Positions 56,236 to 64,000 of a DNA stretch of 64,000 nucleotides are shown piece by piece. How positions within the stretch are numbered: position 1 is the stretch's first letter; every line of letters starts with the position of its first letter. Under the pieces are notes generated by a model. The model did not search any database, was not told the origin of the DNA, and was given only the letters and a program-made list of their open reading frames with translations. Source of the stretch: Nitrosarchaeum sp. (lineage in GTDB: Archaea; Thermoproteota; Nitrososphaeria; Nitrososphaerales; Nitrosopumilaceae); the NCBI GenBank assembly GCA_965223865.1, contig OZ245020.1, positions 352,001-416,000 of the forward strand, written 5' to 3'. The translations under genes and the position numbers were made by a program.

Positions 56236-56568
56236 ATGTTTCTCAAATTAGGCATAGCAGGCATCTTGTTAATTCTTGGTGGAATAGTTTTCTCATCAGA
56301 GATTAGCGGATTATTCTCTAATACTTCAGCTTCAGTAACTGAATCACTAAAGCATGATGTTAATAATATTAGTCAAAAGGCAACCGAATCTATAGAAAAT
56401 AAGATTGAATCATCTCTTGATAATATTATGGATAATACTAGTGAAAAAATTAATGACGGAATAAATGATGCTAAAGAATCTTCAACGAATTTCCTATCAG
56501 ATGAACTAAGCAAAATTAATCCCTTTGAATCAATAGGAAATATGTTCAAAAATACTTCCTCTGAATAG
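56236..56568 (+). CDS. Membrane-anchored helical hypothetical protein
   Basis: N-terminal hydrophobic helix, apolipoprotein-like helices. Confidence 0.65.
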   Translation: MFLKLGIAGILLILGGIVFSSEISGLFSNTSASVTESLKHDVNNISQKATESIENKIESSLDNIMDNTSEKINDGINDAKESSTNFLSDELSKINPFESIGNMFKNTSSE

Positions 56569-56610
56569 ATTCTAGATGATCCTTAAATGGAAATTAGATC
56601 AAACCAATAA

Positions 56611-57330
56611 TTATTTTTTAAAAATTGAAACAAATTCTGGTAAAGATATCGCACCAGAACTTCTTATTGAGTAATCCATATCTGAAGACATTATGGTCTC
56701 TTCAGGATTTATCTCAATTAATAATGCATTATTCTGTTTTGCATAAATTGGTAAAGTGTTTGCAGGAGAAACTACCAATGACGTTCCTACAATTACCATT
56801 GCATCACATTGATTTGAATAAATCATTGCTTTCTGCCAAACATCTTGTGGGAGAGCTTCTCCAAACCAAACTACATCAGGTCTTAGTATATTACCACATT
56901 GACAAATAGGAGGAATTTTTTCAAATTCAGTTATTATTTCATCTCTAAAATCACAAACAGTACATTTTATTTTGATAATGCTACCGTGTAATTCAAGTAC
57001 TTTTGAGCTTCCTGCTCTTTGATGAAGACCATCAATATTTTGAGTTAAAATAACCACATCTACATACTTTTCAAGTTCTACTATAGCCTTATGCCCAGGA
57101 TTAGGTTCAGCTGAAAAAATATTGCTCCTTCTTTCATTATACCACTCCCATACAAGTTGTGGATTTTCATAAAATGCCTCAATAGTTGCTAGTTTCATGG
57201 CGTCATACTTTCTCCAAAATCCATCTTTTCCCCTAAAAGTTGGAATTCCACTTTCTTGAGATATCCCAGCACCAGTAACAAAAACAATTTTTTTAAAATT
57301 ACTTATTTTTTCTGCAATTTCTTCGAGAAT
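56611..57330 (-). CDS. cobB: NAD-dependent deacylase (Sir2/CobB), probable non-canonical ATT start
   Basis: TGAGISQESGIPTFRG lies in frame upstream of the first ATG (57198); TQNIDGLH, HGS, GTS. Confidence 0.9.
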   Translation of the reverse strand: MLEEIAEKISNFKKIVFVTGAGISQESGIPTFRGKDGFWRKYDAMKLATIEAFYENPQLVWEWYNERRSNIFSAEPNPGHKAIVELEKYVDVVILTQNIDGLHQRAGSSKVLELHGSIIKIKCTVCDFRDEIITEFEKIPPICQCGNILRPDVVWFGEALPQDVWQKAMIYSNQCDAMVIVGTSLVVSPANTLPIYAKQNNALLIEINPEETIMSSDMDYSIRSSGAISLPEFVSIFKK

Positions 57331-57335
57331 TTCTA

Positions 57336-58235
57336 TTATTTTATTTCTACCTCCAAAAGATCCTTTGCTGTAATTACTGAATCATGAATTTTTTCTGCTT
57401 CTTCCAGATGTTTAGTCTCATCTGTATATCTAGCTGAGAAATGAGTCAAAATTAGATTTTTTACATTAGCATTTTTAGCCAACACTGCTGCTTGCTTTGC
57501 AGTAGAGTGACATGTGTCTTGTGCCTTTTCTTTTATTTCATCTAAAAAAGTAGAATCAAAAACTAGATAATCACAATTTGCAAAAAATTTCTCTAAATCT
57601 TTTGTTGGCATTGTATCTCCAGAAATACCAATTTTTTTCCCAGGCCGTTTTTCTCCTAATATTTGGTTTGGGGTAATAATTTTTCCATCAACTTCAATAT
57701 TATTTCCATTTTGTAATTTTTTCCATAAATTGCCTTCTGGAATTCCAAACTCTTTTGCTTTTTCAAGATTAAACCTACCTGGTTTATTTTTTTCTTCAAA
57801 GACAAAAGAGTATGCAGTGATAGAATGATTTGCCCTACATGCAGAAATTGAATATGTTTTAGAATCAAAAACAATCCCTTCCTTTACTGTTGAAATCATT
57901 ACAGGAAATGTTAATCCAAAGTTCAATACTTTGATGTTTGCACTAATAAATTCCTCTATTCCATTTGGTCCATAAATCTCAAGAGGTTCTGTTCTATGTT
58001 GCATTGCCATTGTTTGAAGCAGACCTAAAATCCCAATACAATGATCACCATGCAGATGTGTGACAAAAATTTTCATTTTTTTATTCCATCCTAAGCTTGA
58101 CTTTAGATAGGCTATTTGTGCCGCTTCACCTGCATCAAACATCAAGATTTCACCTTCCCGTTCTAGGCAAATACATGATAGTCCTCTAAATTCTGTCGGT
58201 TGAGCTGCTGATGTTCCCAAAAATACAAGTTTCAT
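57336..58235 (-). CDS. rnz: Ribonuclease Z
   Basis: LGT, DAGE, THLHGDH, SGDT, THFSARY. Confidence 0.95.
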   Translation of the reverse strand: MKLVFLGTSAAQPTEFRGLSCICLEREGEILMFDAGEAAQIAYLKSSLGWNKKMKIFVTHLHGDHCIGILGLLQTMAMQHRTEPLEIYGPNGIEEFISANIKVLNFGLTFPVMISTVKEGIVFDSKTYSISACRANHSITAYSFVFEEKNKPGRFNLEKAKEFGIPEGNLWKKLQNGNNIEVDGKIITPNQILGEKRPGKKIGISGDTMPTKDLEKFFANCDYLVFDSTFLDEIKEKAQDTCHSTAKQAAVLAKNANVKNLILTHFSARYTDETKHLEEAEKIHDSVITAKDLLEVEIK

Positions 58236-59179
58236 TTTACCAAAATTATCCTTGTTAAGCTTTTATGCCTATAGATTTCGTATTTTCTCAGTGGATTTAT
58301 TTTCAACTTTTTCTCAAATCCTTTCTTACACATTATAGCAATTCTTTTTTTTCTTGGTAGTATAGAAACAAATTTTCTTAAAATTTCCTCAGGATTTTCA
58401 GAAGCCTTTGAAGCTCTTCCATAAGGAAGATCTGTGACAATCCCATCAAATTCTCCTACAAATTTCTCCAATTCTGAAAAATCACTTTTAATCAATTTGG
58501 ATTTGAAACCATTAACATCCAAGTTTTTTCTAGACATCTGATACATTTTTTCATCAAAATCTACACCAATAGCATGAATACCCATTGATTCAGCCTCTAA
58601 CAAAGTAGTTCCAGTTCCACAAAATGGATCACAAACTGTTTCACCTTCTTGTAGTCCAGTTAAATTTATCATGGCTCTTGTTAGTTTCCAGTCTAATTCA
58701 TGTGGATGTTTTTTTACTTTTTTAGGTCTAATAGGCCGTTCAATTTTTTTTGAGAAACCAAAAAAGTTTTCATTATTAGTAAAAATTAGGTAAACTGTAA
58801 TATCAGGATTTTCGAGTGATACTTTGGCTCGAGAAAATTTTGAAATCATGTCTCCCATAGAACTTTCTAGTTCTGGAATGTTAAACTGATTTGATGATAG
58901 ATTGATTATTCTACAAACAAATGTTTTTGTATTTTGTAAGACTTCAGTATTTCCTTCATCTAAAAACAATCCTGACATTTTTCGTAAAATTTGACCTGAA
59001 ATTTTGACGAATGCTGCCCGCTTAGCAAGTTTTTCCCAATTTGTTTTAGATTGTACAATAACAAGATTTGATATAATATTAATTTTTGAAAATCGATCAT
59101 ATGTCTTAGCTATCGAGATTATCTCATCAATTGCAATTTCTGGATAATCTTTGGATACAATAAAAAAACTTTCAGGCAT
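58232..59179 (-). CDS. THUMP-domain tRNA methyltransferase (Trm11/TrmG10-like)
   Basis: [19 protein letters not shown]. Confidence 0.85.
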   Translation of the reverse strand: MPESFFIVSKDYPEIAIDEIISIAKTYDRFSKINIISNLVIVQSKTNWEKLAKRAAFVKISGQILRKMSGLFLDEGNTEVLQNTKTFVCRIINLSSNQFNIPELESSMGDMISKFSRAKVSLENPDITVYLIFTNNENFFGFSKKIERPIRPKKVKKHPHELDWKLTRAMINLTGLQEGETVCDPFCGTGTTLLEAESMGIHAIGVDFDEKMYQMSRKNLDVNGFKSKLIKSDFSELEKFVGEFDGIVTDLPYGRASKASENPEEILRKFVSILPRKKRIAIMCKKGFEKKLKINPLRKYEIYRHKSLTRIILVK

Positions 59180-60063
59180 TACTTTATTGCTTTTGCAATA
59201 GTATTTGAAACATCCACTATTGAGGTTTTACTTGGAATTGTATTGGTACTAACAATTTTTGTAACCCCAGATTCCTTGATTTTTCTTTCAGCATCATTAA
59301 TAAGAAGAGCATGCGTACATGCGACAAAAACACGTCTACATTTTTGTTTTTTTAGAAATTCAGTGGCTTTCTTGATACTTCCACCCGTGCTTATCATATC
59401 ATCTACTAAAATCAAATCTCTATCCTTGACTTGATCAAATTTTGCCGTTTTTATCTGGACTTTGCCTGTTTTACGGTCACGAAGTTTGTTCAATGCAATA
59501 TATTCAGCTCCAAAATGTGACGCAAATTGCTTTGCTCTGTCTTTTCCACCCTGATCTGGTGAAACAATTAGAGGATTTTTCAATTTTATTTTTTTAAAGT
59601 AATCTACAAGGTCTGATATGGCAGAAACATTTTCTGTTTTAATCTTAAAGTGTTTTAATCCTAGCATACTATGTATGTCTACTACAATTATTTTGTAGGC
59701 TCCTACTCCCTTGAATAATCTACCTAGGACCTTCATGGTAACAATTTCTCCAGGCAAAAACTCTCTATCTTGTCTAGCATATCCCATGTAAGGAATTACT
59801 GCAGTTACGTTATCTGTTGATTCTTTTGCTTTTGATATAAGCGAAAGGGCCTGAATTAGGTTTGTATCTACAGGTGGGTAAATTGATTGTACTACCACCA
59901 AAGCATTATTTTTTGGTAGCTTACCATCAAGGGTGATTTTGTTTTCACCATCAGGAAATATTCTTACTTCAGATCTTACTAATTTTGCCTTTAATTTACC
60001 TGATAATCTTATAGCTAAATCTTCTGATGACTTGCCTGCAATTACTGTAAATTTACTCAACAA
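59179..60063 (-). CDS. prs: Ribose-phosphate pyrophosphokinase
   Basis: FPDGE, PYMGYARQDR, VDDMISTGGS. Confidence 0.95.
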   Translation of the reverse strand: MLSKFTVIAGKSSEDLAIRLSGKLKAKLVRSEVRIFPDGENKITLDGKLPKNNALVVVQSIYPPVDTNLIQALSLISKAKESTDNVTAVIPYMGYARQDREFLPGEIVTMKVLGRLFKGVGAYKIIVVDIHSMLGLKHFKIKTENVSAISDLVDYFKKIKLKNPLIVSPDQGGKDRAKQFASHFGAEYIALNKLRDRKTGKVQIKTAKFDQVKDRDLILVDDMISTGGSIKKATEFLKKQKCRRVFVACTHALLINDAERKIKESGVTKIVSTNTIPSKTSIVDVSNTIAKAIK

Positions 60064-60107
60064 AAAAATGTGAATTAATGGGATTCTTAAGTTTTGAGAA
60101 AGTTAGA

Positions 60108-61847
60108 CTAATCTTCTCCTTCACCACGTCCAATATCACCAAGTCCATATTCATCAATTACTTTATTTCTGCTTGGATCTAGTTGGCTTATCTCTTCAAA
60201 TTCTCTCTTTTCATCTCCCTGATAGACAGTCCTGATAGGCCATGGGATTCTAATATCATATTTCTTAAACTCTTCATACATTATCATTCTCAAATCAGTT
60301 TTTGTTTTGAATTGAGCTCCATAATCCCTGACATAAACCCACATTGAAAAATCAAGTGATGAATCATTAAATTCATTAAATCTTACTACTGGCTGTGTAA
60401 GATCTACATGTAGTTCTTTATCACAACCACAACTTGGTTTATTTTCATTAAGATATGGACAACGTTTCTGTCTAACCAAATGCCGTCCCTTAATATCAAC
60501 AATTTCTTTCATCCCACGTTTGCCTACTTTAACTAAAATTGATGCCACTTGACGTGGATTATTCAAATATGAAACTCCAACTTTTACTAATGCTGGAACA
60601 AGTTTGTTTTCTTTGGTATAGTTTACAATTTGAGCATTGACTAGCTGCCTTGTAGGAATAACTGCAATTGATTCATGTAATGCATCTCTGATATAGGTAA
60701 CTCTAGGCGTGATTTTATGCACATATCCATTATACCCAGTTTCAAGCTGTACTCTGTCTCCCTCAATGAAGATTTTGTCTTTTCTTATCATTATATAGGC
60801 AAAATAGTTCTGCATAGTCTCTTGTAATGCCAAACCCAAACCAATTGAGAATCCACCAGTAGCTGTAGCAAGAACAATCAAATCAACTCCCCACCATGCA
60901 ACAACACCCAAAATTGTTGCAATGAAAATTCCTAGTGGAAGAATTTGTTTTGCAGATTTTGGAAGACCTTCTCTTTTCTTTTTTGCATATCCTGGAGGAC
61001 GAGAACTTGGAATTATTGGTTCATACCCATGTATTCTTTTTTCTTCTCTCCATACATCAATTGGGTATATCTCATCTGGCTTTGCACCTGGCCGTAACTT
61101 TCTTCCAGATTGATTATTTCCTGATATACAATTCTGATAATATTTCTCATATTTTTCACGTTCAGATTTTTTCCATTTCTCAAATGGCTTTTCAATTAAC
61201 TTTTCATATCCACCAATAGGATTACCTTTTGTTGTGCGGAATTGCTCCAAATATTGCATTCCTTCCTTTGTTTTGAGCATTTCTTTGAATTCATTTTCCT
61301 CAATATCTTCTGGAGTAATTTTTGGTGGAACCCATTTGTACAATTTATGAAAGAGATCACCTTTATCATCAACAAATCCTCTCTCTTCAAACCAAGCATC
61401 AAAGTCTTCTCTCTCTAAGATGGATTTTTCATGTTTAGTAAGAGCAATTGGAATGAGATGTGAAATAGTATAACCAATTACCAAAATATTAAAAGTATTG
61501 AGAATTTTTGCAAATGTTTCTTGAGCAGATAATTCTTCATCACCAATTAATGATTCTTCACCTAACAAATCACCTGTCTGTATGTGAACGTTAATGATAG
61601 TGATTAAAGCAATTGCAAAAAATGGCAGAATAGCTCTTCGTAAAAATCTTGAAAAATGTGGTCGTTTATAATAGAATTTTTGCGAACCAACCCAAAATGA
61701 AAATTTTCTATAACCAACTACTATTGCTATGATTCCTATAATCATGATAAAAAACGCCAGTTGAAGTGACTCGGATGATGCTAACAACTGTGAAACATTT
61801 TCAAATTCTCCTACAGAAATTTGCGATAAATCATCTTCAGCCACCAT
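60108..61847 (-). CDS. mscS: MscS-family mechanosensitive channel with a large soluble insertion
   Basis: GLGLALQ.T..N, GDRV, IP...L....IVNYT, IRIPWP. Confidence 0.87.
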   Translation of the reverse strand: MVAEDDLSQISVGEFENVSQLLASSESLQLAFFIMIIGIIAIVVGYRKFSFWVGSQKFYYKRPHFSRFLRRAILPFFAIALITIINVHIQTGDLLGEESLIGDEELSAQETFAKILNTFNILVIGYTISHLIPIALTKHEKSILEREDFDAWFEERGFVDDKGDLFHKLYKWVPPKITPEDIEENEFKEMLKTKEGMQYLEQFRTTKGNPIGGYEKLIEKPFEKWKKSEREKYEKYYQNCISGNNQSGRKLRPGAKPDEIYPIDVWREEKRIHGYEPIIPSSRPPGYAKKKREGLPKSAKQILPLGIFIATILGVVAWWGVDLIVLATATGGFSIGLGLALQETMQNYFAYIMIRKDKIFIEGDRVQLETGYNGYVHKITPRVTYIRDALHESIAVIPTRQLVNAQIVNYTKENKLVPALVKVGVSYLNNPRQVASILVKVGKRGMKEIVDIKGRHLVRQKRCPYLNENKPSCGCDKELHVDLTQPVVRFNEFNDSSLDFSMWVYVRDYGAQFKTKTDLRMIMYEEFKKYDIRIPWPIRTVYQGDEKREFEEISQLDPSRNKVIDEYGLGDIGRGEGED

Positions 61848-62016
61848 TAATCACCATTCTAATCAAATTCATGTTCTAGAATACAAACGTTAAGACATAT
61901 TATCATAAATTATTGAAATCGTTATCAAATTTTTTGCAAAAATACAGTCAAACTAGGAAATTTCTAATAAATATCTGAATGTAACCTTTAACAAGGGTGA
62001 GCATGCTAATAATAAG

Positions 62017-63375
62017 ATGACTCATCAGCAATCAGCTTGGGATGAATCACCCTCACTAAAATCGTATACTCTAACTAATTTCCGTGATCTACCACAGATT
62101 CAAAATCTTTCAGATCAACAACAATTTGAAATGGAAGTTGTAGGAAATGTTTTACCATTTAAAGCAAATAACTATGTAGTTGAACAATTAATTGATTGGA
62201 ATAACATTCCAAACGATCCAATGTTTGTTTTGACATTCCCTCAGAGAGGAATGTTATTGCCTGAGCATTTTAACAAAATGTCAAATGCACTAAAAAATAA
62301 TCTTGAAAAAAAAGAAATCACTAATTTAGCAAATGAAATTCGTTTACAATTAAACCCTCATCCTGCTGGACAAATGGAATTAAATGTTCCAACTTTAAAA
62401 GATGGTACAAAATTATATGGCATGCAACATAAATATCACGAAACCTGTCTTTTCTTTCCAAGTCAGAGCCAGACATGTCATGCATATTGCAGTTTTTGTT
62501 TTAGATGGCCACAATTTGTAGGAATGGATGAAATGAAATTTGCAATGCAGGAAGGGGAACAATTAGTTCAATACGTTTCTGAACATCCTGAAATATCTGA
62601 TATTCTTTTTACAGGAGGTGATCCAATGATAATGAAAGCAAAAATATTTTCAAAATATATTGACAGTTTAATTGAAGCAAAACTTCCAAATCTTAAAACA
62701 ATTAGAATTGGAACAAAAGCTCTTTCATATTGGCCTTACAAATTTGTGACAGATCCTGATTCTCAAGAAATGCTACAAGTTTTTCAAAAGATTTCTGAAA
62801 ATGGCATACATCTAGCTTTTATGGCTCACTTTAATCATTTAACTGAATTATCTACAGATATTGTAAAAAGAGCAATCAAAGAAGTAAGAGCAACAGGTGC
62901 TCAGATAAGAACTCAATCTCCTCTTCTAGCTCATATCAATGATGACTCCAAAATGTGGGCAAAAATGTGGACTAAACAGGTTCAACTTGGCTGTATTCCA
63001 TATTACATGTTTGTTGTACGTGATACTGGTGCTCAGCACTACTTTGGTGTCCCTCTAGTTAGAGCACATAATATCTTCAGAGAAGCTTACTCTTCTGTAA
63101 GTGGTCTGGCAAGAACTGTTAGAGGGCCAAGTATGTCTGCAACTCCCGGTAAGGTTCACGTACTTGGCGTTACTACCATAAATGATCAAAAATTCATTGT
63201 TTTGAGTTTCTTGCAGGGAAGAAATCCTGACTGGGTACAAAGACCATTTTTTGCAAAATACGATGAGAATGCAATTTGGTTAGATGACCTAAAACCAGCC
63301 TTTACTGAACAATTTTTCTTTGAGGAAGAAATGAAAATGTTGAAAAATAAAATTTCAACCAATCCTGAAGCCTAA
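62017..63375 (+). CDS. KamA-family radical SAM amino-acid 2,3-aminomutase-like protein
   Basis: HKY, CHAYCSFCFR, TGGDP, RIGT, HFNH, IND, PYY, PGK. Confidence 0.85.
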   Translation: MTHQQSAWDESPSLKSYTLTNFRDLPQIQNLSDQQQFEMEVVGNVLPFKANNYVVEQLIDWNNIPNDPMFVLTFPQRGMLLPEHFNKMSNALKNNLEKKEITNLANEIRLQLNPHPAGQMELNVPTLKDGTKLYGMQHKYHETCLFFPSQSQTCHAYCSFCFRWPQFVGMDEMKFAMQEGEQLVQYVSEHPEISDILFTGGDPMIMKAKIFSKYIDSLIEAKLPNLKTIRIGTKALSYWPYKFVTDPDSQEMLQVFQKISENGIHLAFMAHFNHLTELSTDIVKRAIKEVRATGAQIRTQSPLLAHINDDSKMWAKMWTKQVQLGCIPYYMFVVRDTGAQHYFGVPLVRAHNIFREAYSSVSGLARTVRGPSMSATPGKVHVLGVTTINDQKFIVLSFLQGRNPDWVQRPFFAKYDENAIWLDDLKPAFTEQFFFEEEMKMLKNKISTNPEA

Positions 63376-63442
63376 AAATTTAACCTGACTATATACCAAA
63401 TCTGACTTACTAACATTAGTAAAATGATATTATAGCTAATCA

Positions 63443-64000
63443 ATGGATACAGATACTGTATTAGCAAAAATCCAAGAAGAAAATATTACATTTGTAAATC
63501 TATGGTTTGTAGACATTTTTGGTGAATTACATCGCCTTGGTATGCCAAGTTATGCTATTGATAAAAATAGTTTTGAGCATGGCTTAGAAAAATTAGATGC
63601 AAGTTCTATTGTTGGTTTTAAATCTGTAAATAATTCAGATATGATTTTAAAACCAGATCCTAAATCATTTAGGATTTTACCAAATGATTATGATCAAGGA
63701 AATAGAAAAAATGCAATTTTGTTTTGTGATTTGTATGAAGGAAATACAGTAAATGAAGTTAGATACAATCGTGACTCAAGAGGAATAGCACACAAAGCTT
63801 CAAAAAAACTTGGGGAATTTGGTTTAACTCATACCAATTGGGGACCTGAAATAGAATTTTTTGTTTTTGATACTATCAATGTTTACCCATCACCATATGC
63901 CGCTACTCATTCTTACGGAGGTTCTGGTTATTCGATTGAATCAAAAGAATCACCATGGGCAAAAGGTAATGTAAGTACTGCAATTGATATCAAAGAAGGA
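63443..64000 (+). CDS. Second glutamine-synthetase-family protein (5' part, runs off the window)
   Basis: Manual translation: F.DIFG.LH, KLDASSI.GF, DM.LKPD, RDSRGIA, WGPEIEFFVFD, GYSIESKESPW. Confidence 0.9.
   Translation, partial: MDTDTVLAKIQEENITFVNLWFVDIFGELHRLGMPSYAIDKNSFEHGLEKLDASSIVGFKSVNNSDMILKPDPKSFRILPNDYDQGNRKNAILFCDLYEGNTVNEVRYNRDSRGIAHKASKKLGEFGLTHTNWGPEIEFFVFDTINVYPSPYAATHSYGGSGYSIESKESPWAKGNVSTAIDIKEG

Noticed and set aside
1-64000. CRISPR arrays, rRNA genes, prophage or defence genes
   Set aside because: No repeat-spacer periodicity or recognisable motifs seen

Overview
AT-rich archaeal DNA whose gene content, intergenic style and protein families point to a Nitrosopumilus-like ammonia-oxidising archaeon (Nitrososphaerota). 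All family assignments come from motif recognition only; no searches were run. Bases 1-27 kb form an accessory stress/dormancy region: three Hsp20, four USP, four CBS proteins (one fused to an HPF-like domain), PAC2, two RHH regulators, TFB, a Cdc48 with a single AAA domain, NDH-2, Fluc with a probable fluoride riboswitch, and a rhodanese-MBL/TauE cassette. This region carries three perfect 90-116 bp inverted-repeat pairs and a 109-bp direct-repeat pair. Bases 30-45 kb are the core replication locus (DP1, cdc6, oriC with ORBs, GGGPS, DP2, glyA, thermosome, glnA, GINS). Directly beside oriC lies a cluster of four DNA-binding proteins, one membrane-anchored, with two dense arrays of short motifs (GTTAAC and ATCAC); this is the best candidate for an undescribed origin-tethering or segregation system. 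After tRNA-Pro(GGG) comes a small island (EGKSCP peptide, DoxX, wHTH module, PPK2), then RNA-processing housekeeping genes, and finally MscS, a KamA-family radical SAM enzyme and a second glutamine-synthetase-like gene.
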